From contig JAFQCR010000004.1 of assembly GCA_017416345.1 (NCBI GenBank), positions 51,783-115,782 on the forward strand: a stretch of 64,000 nt of DNA, read 5' to 3'. The DNA comes from Clostridia bacterium. Lineage in GTDB: Bacteria; Bacillota; Clostridia; Oscillospirales; Acutalibacteraceae. The translations under genes and the position numbers were made by a program. Of this stretch, positions 45,654 through 55,228 are shown piece after piece. Position 1 is the first letter of the stretch. Every line of letters starts with the position of its first letter. A model generated the notes under the pieces. That model searched no databases, had not been told where the DNA came from, and worked only from the letters and a program-made list of their open reading frames with translations.

Positions 45654-46331
45654 CTATTTTTTCTTGACTACAAGGGTGTTCTGACCGCTCAATGCTACCA
45701 CAACTATCTCGCAACCCGTGGGGATAGCCTCGGCTTCGTCGGTCACGGCGTCACGCTCGCACAAGGTGCCCTGTATCATCACGTTCACCTTGCCCTGGCC
45801 TTTACGGTTGGCAGGTATTTTGAGATAGACCGAGCCCGAAACGCCCAAAGCATTGCGGTTGTCGATATTACCGTTGTTTTCAAGCTTTGAAATGGCACGG
45901 AAAACGAAGGCTATCAGCACCATCATTCCAAAGCCTGCGGCAAGGGCCACAAGCGACGAGATAACAGGTGCAACACCTGCGGTATCCAGCGCAATGCCTG
46001 CCCAGCCGAACACCACAAAAAATGCGATGATGCCTCGTATCGAGAAGATGCGCAGACCGTCAAGCCCCGAGGGGTCAACGTCACCGTCGGTCAGCTCTTC
46101 ACCGAAAACACCGTCACCAACATCCGCATCGGCATCAAGGTCAACGTCGGTGTCAAGATCGACATCGGTATCCACATCGACATCACCGTCAACGTCGGCA
46201 CCGCCGTCCGAGTCTATGCCTATGAGCATCAGAACGGTCTGTATCAAAAGAATAAGTGTGGCAGGGATGGCCATTGCGGCCAGCACCTGAGAAAACGAGC
46301 TTAAAGATTCCCACCAAGCTAACATTATCAT
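45654..46331 (-). CDS. NfeD/YqiJ-like membrane protein with acidic DxD-repeat loop
   Basis: TM1, then DVDGDVDVDTDVDLDTDVDLDADADVGDG, then two TM segments, then a C-terminal OB-like segment GQGKVNVMIQGTLCERDAV. It lies directly upstream of the flotillin gene. Confidence 0.8.
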   Translation of the reverse strand: MIMLAWWESLSSFSQVLAAMAIPATLILLIQTVLMLIGIDSDGGADVDGDVDVDTDVDLDTDVDLDADADVGDGVFGEELTDGDVDPSGLDGLRIFSIRGIIAFFVVFGWAGIALDTAGVAPVISSLVALAAGFGMMVLIAFVFRAISKLENNGNIDNRNALGVSGSVYLKIPANRKGQGKVNVMIQGTLCERDAVTDEAEAIPTGCEIVVVALSGQNTLVVKKK

Positions 46332-46939
46332 ATCATCCTTTCAATGGAATTATCGTCAAAGGTTTTGAGCATAAGCTCGGCCTTGTGCCTTGCCAATACC
46401 GAAAAATGTGCGTACGCCATGACCGAAAGCACCGATTCCAGCCGTTTGGCGGCACCGGGAGTGGGACCTATATAGCCCTCGGCGGCCTTTTTGGCCGTTT
46501 CGGCAATGGCCTTGTCGCTGATACTTTCGGGGTCGGCATCGGCCAGCATATCAACGTAACGGTGATAAAGCTCGATATCGTCTATAAGGTCATCACTTTC
46601 ATCGTAAAGATTTCCGTTGATATATTGCAAAAGCTCGATGATTTTTTCAAGCTGCAAGGCCTCACGCAACATATTAATAATACATATACGTGCGAACTGG
46701 TTTTTTGAGTACATACGCTTTTGCGGGGAAGAAACAAACCCTCGCTTGACCCAGTTCTGGATGGCGGCAGGCTCAACACCGGTCATGACCGATACCTGAG
46801 CAAGCGTGATTCCGCCTGTTAAAAATATTCCGTCGGCCATTGCACGTGAAATGCCTTTTTCTATTCGTGACACCTCTATTGCGGTGCCCGGAAGCACGGT
46901 CGCCATTTTTCCACCTCCGTTTTTCTTTGTTGGTTCCAT
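46328..46939 (-). CDS. MerR-like HTH protein (DUF1836-like)
   Basis: The 203-aa product contains TLAQVSVMTGVEPAAIQNWVKRGFVSSPQKRMYSKNQFARICIINMLREAL, which resembles the DUF1836 HTH as I remember it. It overlaps the NfeD start by 4 nt. Confidence 0.55.
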   Translation of the reverse strand: MEPTKKNGGGKMATVLPGTAIEVSRIEKGISRAMADGIFLTGGITLAQVSVMTGVEPAAIQNWVKRGFVSSPQKRMYSKNQFARICIINMLREALQLEKIIELLQYINGNLYDESDDLIDDIELYHRYVDMLADADPESISDKAIAETAKKAAEGYIGPTPGAAKRLESVLSVMAYAHFSVLARHKAELMLKTFDDNSIERMI

Positions 46940-47010
46940 TATATCACACGGTCACGTGACCGTCAAGAGGGTTCAAGAGAATTTTCATAAAAATATCTTG
47001 CCAAAAACTC

Positions 47011-47039
47011 TTGACAAAATGCACGGTTTGTGGTATATT
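47011..47039 (+). promoter_or_regulatory. promoter of the rimP-nusA-infB operon (TTGACA-17-TATATT with TG extension)
   Basis: Hexamers at 47011-47016 and 47034-47039. Confidence 0.6.
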
Positions 47040-47065
47040 CTTTTGGTAAGATATGTGAACGAAGG

Positions 47066-47094
47066 AGAGTGGGGCGACCCGCTCTTTAGTTTTT
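47066..47094 (+). promoter_or_regulatory. leader stem-loop plus U tract (possible attenuator)
   Basis: An 8-bp stem agagtggg/cccgctct (one G-U pair) with a GCGA tetraloop, followed by ttagttttt. It lies between the promoter and the rimP RBS. Confidence 0.35.
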
Positions 47095-47125
47095 GTCCGA
47101 ATGTTTTAAGTAAGGAGTGAATGTT

Positions 47126-47587
47126 TTGGCACAAAATCCTACCGCATTGAAGGTCTCGGCGCTGATCAAAGAATCGGTCGAATCATTGGGTGTCAAGCTT
47201 TGGGACGTTAAGTTCGTCAAAGAAGGTGCATCCTGGTATTTGAGGGTCTTTATCGATAAGGAAGAGGGCGTTGACATCAACGACTGCACCGATGTTTCCC
47301 GTCTTATCGACCCCATTTTGGACGAGGCTGACCCCATCAACGTTTCGTATTACCTTGAGGTGTGCTCACCCGGTCTTGAGCGTGAGCTTTCGGAGCAGTG
47401 GCACTTTGAAAAATATATGGGTGCCGATGTCAAGGTAAAGCTTATCCGTCCACGTGACGGCAAGCGTGAGTTTTCGGGCAAATTAAAGGCATATAACGGC
47501 GGTGTCACGGTCGAATGTGACGGAGCCGATATGGAGTTTGCAAAGCAGGAGCTTGTATATGTGAAGCTCGACGATGCAAACTTTTAA
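47126..47587 (+). CDS. rimP: ribosome maturation factor RimP
   Basis: The start is probably TTG 47126, 8 nt after AAGGAG (the track gives GTG 47117). The product has ..LGVKLWDVKFVKEGASWYLRVFIDK.. and LEVCSPGLERPL-like motifs. Confidence 0.88.
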   Translation: MAQNPTALKVSALIKESVESLGVKLWDVKFVKEGASWYLRVFIDKEEGVDINDCTDVSRLIDPILDEADPINVSYYLEVCSPGLERELSEQWHFEKYMGADVKVKLIRPRDGKREFSGKLKAYNGGVTVECDGADMEFAKQELVYVKLDDANF

Positions 47588-47630
47588 ACAGTTTAACATT
47601 TGAAATAATATATTGGAGGTACAAAGGAAA

Positions 47631-48731
47631 ATGGCAAGGGCTAAGAAAGAAACAGTAGTAGACATTACCGCAGAAATTTTTGACGCACTCAAAATGATGG
47701 CTGAGGAAAGCGGCATCCCCGAGACTTATCTTGCAGATAAGATCAGAACCGCAATCATCACCGCCGCCAAGAAGGACTACGGCTCCAAAGACGTAGTTTT
47801 CTGCGAGATGGACATTGAAAACCGTGTATTTAAGGTATACGTCCGCAAGACCGTTGTAAACGAGATCGAGGACGAATATACCCAGATCCTTTTGGAGGAT
47901 GCTTTGAAGGTAGACAAGAACGCTATGGTCGGCGAGTTTGTTGACATTCCGCTTGAAACAAGAAAATTCGGCCGTATCGTTGCTCAGAACGCCAAGCACG
48001 TTATCCGCCAGGGCGTTAAGGAAGCCGAGCGTGGACAGACCTTTGAGGAGTTCCAGAGCCGCAACAAGGAGCTGGTCACCGCAGTCGTTCAGCGTATCGA
48101 CCCCAAGACCGGCAACGCAACCATCACCATCGGCCGCGGAGAGGCTGTGCTTCCCAAGACCGAGCAGGTTCCCGATGAGGAGCTTCACGAGGGTGATCAC
48201 ATCAAGGTCTATATCGTTGATGTAAGAAACGAGGACAGAGGCCCCAGAGCCATGATCTCAAGAACCCATCCCGGTCTTGTCAAGCGCTTGTTTGAGACCG
48301 AGGTCCCCGAAATCTATGACGGCACCATCGAGATCAAGGCAGTCTCCCGTCAGGCAGGCTCCAGAACCAAGATGGCTGTCTGGTCGCAGAATCCCGATAT
48401 CGATGCTGTCGGTGCCTGTATCGGTCAGCGCGGTGTCCGTGTAAACGCCATTGTTGAGGAGCTTGGCGGCGAGAAGATCGACATCGTGAAGTACTCCGAT
48501 GATCCTGCCGCATTTATTACCGAGGCTCTGTCGCCTGCAAAGGTATTGAGCGTTACCGTTGAAAGTGAAGACCCCAAGGTCTGCCGTGTAACCGTTCCCG
48601 ACAGCCAGCTTTCGTTGGCCATCGGTAACAAGGGTCAGAACGTCCGTCTGGCCGCACGTCTTACCGGCTGGAAGATCGACATTCACCCCGAAAGCGGCTT
48701 CTACGGCGAGGGTGACGACAGCATCCAGTAA
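47631..48731 (+). CDS. nusA: transcription termination/antitermination factor NusA
   Basis: The start is ATG 47631. The product has an S1 domain and two KH domains (..CIGQRGVRVNAIVEELGGEKIDIV.., LAIGNKGQNVRLAARLTGWKIDI). Confidence 0.96.
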   Translation: MARAKKETVVDITAEIFDALKMMAEESGIPETYLADKIRTAIITAAKKDYGSKDVVFCEMDIENRVFKVYVRKTVVNEIEDEYTQILLEDALKVDKNAMVGEFVDIPLETRKFGRIVAQNAKHVIRQGVKEAERGQTFEEFQSRNKELVTAVVQRIDPKTGNATITIGRGEAVLPKTEQVPDEELHEGDHIKVYIVDVRNEDRGPRAMISRTHPGLVKRLFETEVPEIYDGTIEIKAVSRQAGSRTKMAVWSQNPDIDAVGACIGQRGVRVNAIVEELGGEKIDIVKYSDDPAAFITEALSPAKVLSVTVESEDPKVCRVTVPDSQLSLAIGNKGQNVRLAARLTGWKIDIHPESGFYGEGDDSIQ

Positions 48732-48766
48732 CCCTAACTGAAATACATCAAAACGGAGGAAACGCT

Positions 48767-49036
48767 ATGACACCAAAAAAGCAACCCTTGAGACAGTGCA
48801 CGGGATGCGGCGAGATGAAACCCAAAAGAGAACTTGTCCGTGTGGTCAAAACACCCGAGGGCAATGTTATGCTCGACCGTTCGGGCAAGGCCAACGGCAG
48901 GGGAGCATATATCTGTCACAACACCGAATGCTACAAAAAGGCGGTTAAGGCCAAAAGGCTTGAAAGAGCATTTTCAATGGCTATACCTGCCGGCGTTTCC
49001 GAGCAGATAATAAAGGAGCTGGAAGCGGATGAGTAA
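48767..49036 (+). CDS. ylxR: YlxR/DUF448 RNA-binding protein
   Basis: The 89-aa product has RQCTGCGEMKPKRELVRVV...GRGAYIC and sits in the canonical position after nusA. Confidence 0.85.
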   Translation: MTPKKQPLRQCTGCGEMKPKRELVRVVKTPEGNVMLDRSGKANGRGAYICHNTECYKKAVKAKRLERAFSMAIPAGVSEQIIKELEADE

Positions 49037-49358
49037 TGATGCTATCCTTTCGTATTTAGGACTGGCACGCAAGGCAGGTAAGCTGGCAACGGGATTTGCC
49101 GCTTCAAAGGAAGCCTGCTTAAAAAACAAGGCAAGGTTTATTGCCGTGGCATCCGATATCTCCCAAAAAAGCGAAAAAGAGATAAGATATTTCAGCGGCG
49201 GAAAAATACCCGTGGAAAGAATACCGTATACTATAACGGAGGTTTCCGCAAGGATCGGAATAAAGGCCGGCATTGTGGCCGTATGCGACGATGGTTTTGC
49301 CGATGCTTTGGTCAAAACCGTAGAAAGTTCGAAGGAGGAATTCACACATGCTGATTAA
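49029..49358 (+). CDS. ylxQ: L7Ae-family RNA-binding protein (YlxQ type)
   Basis: The 109-aa product has [13 protein letters not shown]. It overlaps the neighbouring genes on both sides. Confidence 0.8.
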   Translation: MSNDAILSYLGLARKAGKLATGFAASKEACLKNKARFIAVASDISQKSEKEIRYFSGGKIPVERIPYTITEVSARIGIKAGIVAVCDDGFADALVKTVESSKEEFTHAD

Positions 49359-51936
49359 GTATAAGATACACGAGGTGTCCAAGGACTTAAACGTCAACAG
49401 TAAGGACATCATTGCACTCCTTAAAGATAAGATGGGAGTGGATAAAAAGAGCCAGACCTCTTTGGAGGACACCGAGCTCGACCTGATTTTTGACTATGTT
49501 ACACAGCAGAACGAGGTCAAGAATTTTGATGAATATTTTGCCGCAGGCGAGCGTGCACGTGAGGAGCGTGCCAAGGAGCGCAAGGCCGAAAAGGACCGTA
49601 AGCTTGCCGAGCAGATGGCTGTTCTTGAGCAGCTGAAGGCTGCACAGGCCGCCCAAAAGGCCGCCGAGGAAAAGAAAAAGGCCGAGGAGGAGGCTAAGTC
49701 CAAGCCTGCCCCTGCGCCCGAAAAGAAAGCCGAACCCAAGGCCGAGCCCAAGAAGGACAGCAAGCCTGCACCCGAGAAAAAGGCAGAGCCTAAGGCTGAA
49801 CCCAAGAAGGACGGTAAGCCTGCACCTGCACCCGAGAAGAAGGCTGACAAAAAGCCCGAGGCTCCCAAGGCTGAACCCAAGGCCGAGCCCAAGCACGAGC
49901 CGGTTAACATTCCGCCCAGACCCAAGAAGGAAAAGACCGGTCAGACCCCCAACCGCGGACCGGTTGAGATCCGCAAGGTCGACACCCGTGCTTCCAACAT
50001 CAATATCGATAAGTACAACGAGCGCTATGAGAACATTGCACCTGCAAACTCTATGCGTAACGATAACGACCAGCGCAAGCAGAAGATCAAGCAGAAGTCG
50101 CAGGACTATCGCCGTCCGCAGAGCGCAAAGCGTGAGACCGAGGCCGACAAGCTTCGCAGACTTCAGCTCGAAAAGATCAAGAAGACCCCCATCACCGTTA
50201 CCATCGGTGAGGAGATCACCGTCGGTGAGCTTGCCGCCGCTATGAAGAAGACGGCCGCCGAGGTCATCAAGCAGTTGATGAAGCTCGGTATGTTTGCCAC
50301 CGTCACCCAGACCATCGACTATGACACCGCCGAGATCGTTGCAACCGAAATGGGCTGCAAGGTCGAGCGTGCCGTTGTTGTCACCATTGAAGAGCGTATT
50401 ATGGATATCTCCGAGGATACCGAGGAATCCTTGAAGCCCCGTAGCCCCATCGTTGTTGTTATGGGTCACGTTGACCACGGTAAGACCTCGTTGCTCGACG
50501 CTATCCGTAACGCAAAGGTCGCTTCGGGTGAGGCAGGCGGTATTACCCAGCACATCGGTGCTTACCGTGTAAACCACGAGGGTAACGATATTACCTTCCT
50601 TGATACCCCCGGACACGCTGCATTTACCTCTATGCGTCAGCGTGGCGCAATGGCAACCGATATTGCCATCCTTGTTGTTGCCGCTGATGACGGTATTATG
50701 CCGCAGACCATTGAGGCTATCAACCATGCCAAGGCCGCAGAGGTTCAGATAATCGTTGCCATCAACAAGATGGATAAGCCCGAGGCCAACCCCGACCGCA
50801 TCAAGCAGCAGTTGACCGAGCACGGCCTTGTTCCCGAGGAGTGGGGCGGTGACATCATCTGTGTACCCGTTTCGGCCAAGACCCACGACGGTATCGACGA
50901 GCTGCTTGCCAACGTGCTTCTGGTTGCCGAAATGCAGGAGCTCAAGGCCAACCCCGACCGTAAGGGTAAGGGTGTCGTCATCGAGGCTCGCCTTGATAAA
51001 GGCCGTGGCCCTGTTGCAACTCTGCTTGTTCAGAACGGAACTTTACGTTTGGGCGACATCATCGTTGCCGGCACATCGGTCGGCCGCGTAAGAGTTATGC
51101 TTGACGAAAACGGCCGCACCGTTAAGGAAGCAGGCCCTGCAGTTCCGGTTGAGATAACCGGTCTTGACGAGGTTCCTGCCGCAGGTGACAACTTCGACGC
51201 AGTATCCGATGAGCGTCTTGCACGTCAGCTTGTCGAACAGCGTAAGCAGAAGGCCAAGGACGAGATATTCAATGCCGCACAGAAGGTTACTCTCGACAAT
51301 CTGTTCAGCCAGCTCGAGCAGGGTGAGGTCAAGGATCTTAACGTTATCGTTAAGGCCGACGTTCAGGGCTCGGTCGAGGCTGTCCGTGAGAGCCTGGTCA
51401 AGATCTCCAACGAGGAGGTCCGTGTCAACGTTATCCACGGCGGCGTCGGTGCTATAAACGAGTCTGATGAAATGCTGGCCGCAACCTCGGGCGCTATCAT
51501 TGTCGGCTTCAACGTGCGTCCCGACCCCGTGGCCAAGGAAGCCGCCGAGCGTGACGGTGTTGAGATCAGACTTTACAGAGTTATTTACGACTGTATCGAT
51601 GAGATCACAGCCGCTATGAAGGGTATGCTTGCTCCCAAGTTCCGTGAAGCCATTCTCGGTGAGCTTGAGGTTCGCCAGACCTATAAGGTCTCGGGCGTCG
51701 GCACCATCGCAGGCTGTTATGTCAAGAACGGTAAGATCACCCGTGACGCTAAGGTGCGTGTTGTCCGTGACGGTATCGTTGTTGCCGAGGACGAGATCAA
51801 TTCTCTCCGCCGCTTCAAGGATGACGTCAAGGAGGTAGCCGAGGGCTACGAGTGCGGTGTCGGTCTTGAAAAGTTCGGCGACATCAAGGAAGGCGACATC
51901 TTCGAAGCCTTCGTTATGGAAGAATACAGAGATTGA
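49348..51936 (+). CDS. infB: translation initiation factor IF-2
   Basis: A 862-aa ORF with GAAGGAGGA RBS. G-domain motifs are [17 protein letters not shown] and NKMD. The N-terminal region is low-complexity. Confidence 0.98.
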   Translation: MLIKYKIHEVSKDLNVNSKDIIALLKDKMGVDKKSQTSLEDTELDLIFDYVTQQNEVKNFDEYFAAGERAREERAKERKAEKDRKLAEQMAVLEQLKAAQAAQKAAEEKKKAEEEAKSKPAPAPEKKAEPKAEPKKDSKPAPEKKAEPKAEPKKDGKPAPAPEKKADKKPEAPKAEPKAEPKHEPVNIPPRPKKEKTGQTPNRGPVEIRKVDTRASNINIDKYNERYENIAPANSMRNDNDQRKQKIKQKSQDYRRPQSAKRETEADKLRRLQLEKIKKTPITVTIGEEITVGELAAAMKKTAAEVIKQLMKLGMFATVTQTIDYDTAEIVATEMGCKVERAVVVTIEERIMDISEDTEESLKPRSPIVVVMGHVDHGKTSLLDAIRNAKVASGEAGGITQHIGAYRVNHEGNDITFLDTPGHAAFTSMRQRGAMATDIAILVVAADDGIMPQTIEAINHAKAAEVQIIVAINKMDKPEANPDRIKQQLTEHGLVPEEWGGDIICVPVSAKTHDGIDELLANVLLVAEMQELKANPDRKGKGVVIEARLDKGRGPVATLLVQNGTLRLGDIIVAGTSVGRVRVMLDENGRTVKEAGPAVPVEITGLDEVPAAGDNFDAVSDERLARQLVEQRKQKAKDEIFNAAQKVTLDNLFSQLEQGEVKDLNVIVKADVQGSVEAVRESLVKISNEEVRVNVIHGGVGAINESDEMLAATSGAIIVGFNVRPDPVAKEAAERDGVEIRLYRVIYDCIDEITAAMKGMLAPKFREAILGELEVRQTYKVSGVGTIAGCYVKNGKITRDAKVRVVRDGIVVAEDEINSLRRFKDDVKEVAEGYECGVGLEKFGDIKEGDIFEAFVMEEYRD
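49702..49890 (+). repeat. in-frame tandem repeats (54-60 nt units) in the IF-2 N-terminal region
   Basis: [19 protein letters not shown](S/G) is repeated about 3 times. The nucleotide units start at 49702, 49762 and 49816. Confidence 0.6.
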
Positions 51937-51963
51937 TTTTTTTTCTGATGAAAACGAACGTGA

Positions 51964-52013
51964 CGTAGGGGCGAACTGCGTTCGCCCGCGGGCGACCATT
52001 GGTCGCCCCTACG
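51964..52013. repeat. head-to-head GTAGGGGCG-hairpin doublet (REPIN-like) between infB and rbfA
   Basis: cgtaggggcgaactgcgttcgcccg on the plus strand abuts cgtaggggcgaccaatggtcgcccg on the minus strand. The units are 25 + 25 nt and directly adjacent. Confidence 0.8.
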
Positions 52014-52055
52014 GCTTGTAAAAATCAAAGCAGTTATGTGAAAAGGAAAGAAATT

Positions 52056-52427
52056 ATGCCAAGTTTTAAAATTGGACGAGCTGCGGCTGACATCCAACGT
52101 GAGTTGGCCGATCTTTTCCGTGAACTTAAAGACCCCAGAGTCAGCAAGCTTTTGAGCATCGTCAAGGTCGACGTTTCGGGTGACCTTTCGTATGCCACTG
52201 TTTACGTCAGCGCCATCGAAGGCTTCGACAAAACGGTCGAAAGCGTAAAGGGTCTTAAAAATGCGGCGGGATTTTTGCGCCGTGAATTGGGTGTTCGCTT
52301 GAAGCTCAGAAAGACACCCGAGCTGCGCTTTGTTGCCGATAATTCCATTGAGCACAGCGCACATATCGCACGTATTATCGACTCGTTCCCCGAATCGACC
52401 GCATCAGAGGAAAACGGCGATGAGTAA
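52056..52427 (+). CDS. rbfA: ribosome-binding factor A
   Basis: The start is ATG 52056. The product has RAAADIQRELADLFRE.KDPRV, VDVSGDLSYATVYVS and TPELRFV. Confidence 0.92.
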   Translation: MPSFKIGRAAADIQRELADLFRELKDPRVSKLLSIVKVDVSGDLSYATVYVSAIEGFDKTVESVKGLKNAAGFLRRELGVRLKLRKTPELRFVADNSIEHSAHIARIIDSFPESTASEENGDE

Positions 52428-53364
52428 GTTGATTTCAATCACCGAAGCCGCCGAATTTCTTGCAACTCACGATAAATACACCGTTCTGACCCATGCTCAT
52501 CCCGACGGTGATACGTTGGGATCGGGCTTTGCGTTGGTTTCGGCCTTGCGTTCGTTGGGCAAAAAAGCAAACGTCTTTTGTCCCGACCCCATTCCGCACA
52601 AGTTCGACTACCTCACGGCAGAGGGTCAGCAGGAATTCACTCCCGAAACGGTCATTTCGGTCGATGTGGCCGATGATAAACTTTTAGGATGCCTGCAGGG
52701 CGAGTATAAGGAAAAGGTCTCACTTGCTATTGACCATCATTCGACCAACGTCGGCTTTGCCGAAAGGCTGTACCTTGAGGGGGACAGCGCAGCGGCGGCC
52801 GAGTGTGTTTACCGTGTGATAAAGGAAATGGGTGCCAAAGTTACGCCGTTCATAGCCTCCTGCTTGTATACAGGGCTGGCTACCGATACGGGTTGCTTTA
52901 AATTTTCCAACACAACACCTCGAACCCACATTTTTGCCGCCGAGCTGATGCAGTACGGTGCCGATTATGACGAGATCAACCGTGTGATGTTTGAGGTCAA
53001 GACCCAAAGCCGCCTTGAAATGGAGCGCCGTGTGCTGAACGGTATTGAGTACATCTGTGACGGCCGTTGCGCCATTGTCACAGTCACCCAGGCTATGATA
53101 AAGGAAACCGGCTGTGATTCAAGCGATATGGACGGCATTGCCGCCATGTCACGGCAGATCGAGGGTGTGCAGATCGGCATAACCGTGCGTGAAAAGGCCG
53201 ACGGAAGGTGGAAGATCTCTCTTCGTACCTTTGAGCCGTATGATGCGGCGGCCATTTGTCAGAATTTCGGCGGCGGCGGTCACAAGCGTGCCGCAGGCTG
53301 TGAGTTCGAGACCGAAGCCGAGGCCAAAGAAAAGCTAAAGGCTTATATCACGTCGATTATGTAA
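52420..53364 (+). CDS. nrnA: DHH/DHHA1 phosphoesterase (NrnA-like nanoRNase/pAp phosphatase)
   Basis: The start is ATG 52420, overlapping the rbfA stop. Motifs are HAHPDGDTLGSG, AIDHH and GGGGHKRAAG. Confidence 0.8.
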   Translation: MSKLISITEAAEFLATHDKYTVLTHAHPDGDTLGSGFALVSALRSLGKKANVFCPDPIPHKFDYLTAEGQQEFTPETVISVDVADDKLLGCLQGEYKEKVSLAIDHHSTNVGFAERLYLEGDSAAAAECVYRVIKEMGAKVTPFIASCLYTGLATDTGCFKFSNTTPRTHIFAAELMQYGADYDEINRVMFEVKTQSRLEMERRVLNGIEYICDGRCAIVTVTQAMIKETGCDSSDMDGIAAMSRQIEGVQIGITVREKADGRWKISLRTFEPYDAAAICQNFGGGGHKRAAGCEFETEAEAKEKLKAYITSIM

Positions 53365-53379
53365 TTTTCGGAGGGCAAA

Positions 53380-54258
53380 ATGAACGGACTTATCCTGCTT
53401 GATAAACCCGAGGGTTTTACCTCCTTTAAGGCGGCGGCCGTTTTGCGCCGGATCTACGGCACCAAGCGTGTCGGCCACACGGGCACCCTTGATCCTATGG
53501 CCACGGGTGTTTTGCCGATACTGATAGGCCGTGCCACAAGGCTTTGCTCTTACGTGTTGGAGGCTGACAAGCGTTATACCGCAGGTGTGCGTCTCGGTGT
53601 CACGACCGATACGCTGGACATCACGGGTGAGGTGTTGAGCCAATGCGAGCCTTCGGTCAGCGATGGGCAATTGGCCGATGCGCTGCGGTTTTTCACCAAG
53701 ACCTACGACCAGATACCGCCGATGTTTTCGGCTATAAAAAAAGACGGTGTCAGGCTTTATGACCTTGCACGTCAAGGCAAAGAAATAGAGCGTGAGCCGA
53801 GAACCGTCACCATTCACGATATTGAACTAAAATCCCGCAACGGCAACGATTTTGTGATAGATGTCCATTGCTCAAAGGGTACCTATATACGCTCACTTGC
53901 CGATGATATCGGAAAGCTTTTGGGCTGTGGCGCAACGCTTATTTCGTTAAGACGCACCGATGCCGCAGGCTTTTCAATTGCCGATTGCAAAACGGTCGAG
54001 GAGATAGAGGCCGACCCTATAAGTTGCCTTTTGCCTGCCGACCGTGCAGTGCCGAGCTTCAGAAGCCTCAACATATCCGAAGCACAGGCCAAGCGCTTTA
54101 TGAACGGAGCGGCTTTGAGCGTTGACCGCATAAGGTTTTATGCCGATGCCGCCGATAACGAACTGTTTAAAACATATACAGGCAGACAATTTTTGGGTCT
54201 GTCGGAATTTGATAAAGCTTCGGGCGAGATAACCACCAAGTGTGTTATTGCCGAATAA
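53380..54258 (+). CDS. truB: tRNA pseudouridine(55) synthase
   Basis: Motifs GLILLDKPEGFTS, GHTGTLDPMATGVLPI and YDQIPPMFSA. Confidence 0.95.
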   Translation: MNGLILLDKPEGFTSFKAAAVLRRIYGTKRVGHTGTLDPMATGVLPILIGRATRLCSYVLEADKRYTAGVRLGVTTDTLDITGEVLSQCEPSVSDGQLADALRFFTKTYDQIPPMFSAIKKDGVRLYDLARQGKEIEREPRTVTIHDIELKSRNGNDFVIDVHCSKGTYIRSLADDIGKLLGCGATLISLRRTDAAGFSIADCKTVEEIEADPISCLLPADRAVPSFRSLNISEAQAKRFMNGAALSVDRIRFYADAADNELFKTYTGRQFLGLSEFDKASGEITTKCVIAE

Positions 54259-54282
54259 TTTTTAAAAAAGGAGGAAGGGAAT

Positions 54283-55173
54283 ATGCCACACGTTATAGTT
54301 TTGGGCACGTTTGACGGTCTGCACAAGGGTCACCAAGCGGTGCTTAATGCGGCTTTGAATTTCAAAGACCTCATACCCGTTGCCGTCACATTCCCCGAGC
54401 CTCCCAAGCGCAGGACACAAAGCACCTTTGTGCCGATGCTTTTAAGCGCTGCAGAGAAAAACGAAATGCTGGAATGTATGGGCTTTTCGGAGATTTTTGT
54501 GCTGGATTATGACGAGGTGCACGACTTTGAGCCGACCGACTTTTTGGATATGCTGTTTGAAAGGTATGAGGTCAAGGCCGTTGTCTGCGGATTTAACTAC
54601 CGCTTTGGCAAGGGCGGTCAGGGCGATGCGGCTCTGCTTTCGCACTACTGCTCGGAGCACGGTGCCGAGGCCGTTGTGGTGCCTGCCACTACCGTTTCGG
54701 GACAGACCGTATCCTCGTCGCTTATCCGTGAGCTTATATCTAACGGTGACATTGCGTTTGCCAACACATTGCTGGGTCGTCCGTTTTCATTCAAGGCCGA
54801 GGTCATCCACGGCGAGGAGCGTGGCAGGAAGATGGGCTTCCCCACAATAAATCAGCAGTTGGACGACCAATTGGCAACACCGAGGTTCGGTGTTTATGCA
54901 ACGGCCGTGACGATCGACGACAAGGATTACCCCGGCGTGACCAACATCGGGATCCGACCGACATTCCTGCTTCAAAAGCCGTTGTGCGAGACCTATATAA
55001 TCGGCTTTGAGGGAGATCTTTACGGCAGGTCGGTGGCTCTGAAGCTGCTCAGCTTTATGCGCGAGGAGCAAAGATTCGACAGTCTTGAGGAGCTGGCCTA
55101 CGCCATCGAAAGCGACAAAGAAAAAGCCATCAAGGCATTCCAATCGGGGATCCTGCCTTGTGACTTTGAATAG
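54283..55173 (+). CDS. ribF: bifunctional riboflavin kinase / FMN adenylyltransferase
   Basis: Motifs GTFDGLHKGHQ, GFNYRFG, GRKMGFPTIN and GEDLYG-like. Confidence 0.92.
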   Translation: MPHVIVLGTFDGLHKGHQAVLNAALNFKDLIPVAVTFPEPPKRRTQSTFVPMLLSAAEKNEMLECMGFSEIFVLDYDEVHDFEPTDFLDMLFERYEVKAVVCGFNYRFGKGGQGDAALLSHYCSEHGAEAVVVPATTVSGQTVSSSLIRELISNGDIAFANTLLGRPFSFKAEVIHGEERGRKMGFPTINQQLDDQLATPRFGVYATAVTIDDKDYPGVTNIGIRPTFLLQKPLCETYIIGFEGDLYGRSVALKLLSFMREEQRFDSLEELAYAIESDKEKAIKAFQSGILPCDFE

Positions 55174-55185
55174 ATCTTATAAATC

Positions 55186-55227
55186 AAAAAGACTTGGTCT
55201 GTGTTGAACAGAGCCAAGTCTTTTTTT
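55186..55227. terminator. bidirectional terminator (ribF / Wzy_C-like gene)
   Basis: aaaaagacttggtctg / cagagccaagtcttttttt, with one bulge. Confidence 0.75.
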
Positions 55228-55228
55228 G

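Noticed and set aside
44129-46290. Plus-strand ORFs 44129-44428, 44450-44674 and 45853-46290, which have Ser/Thr/Ala-rich translations.
   Set aside because: They are antisense to the flotillin and NfeD genes. The low complexity mirrors the EA-rich coiled coil and the DxD repeat on the coding strand.
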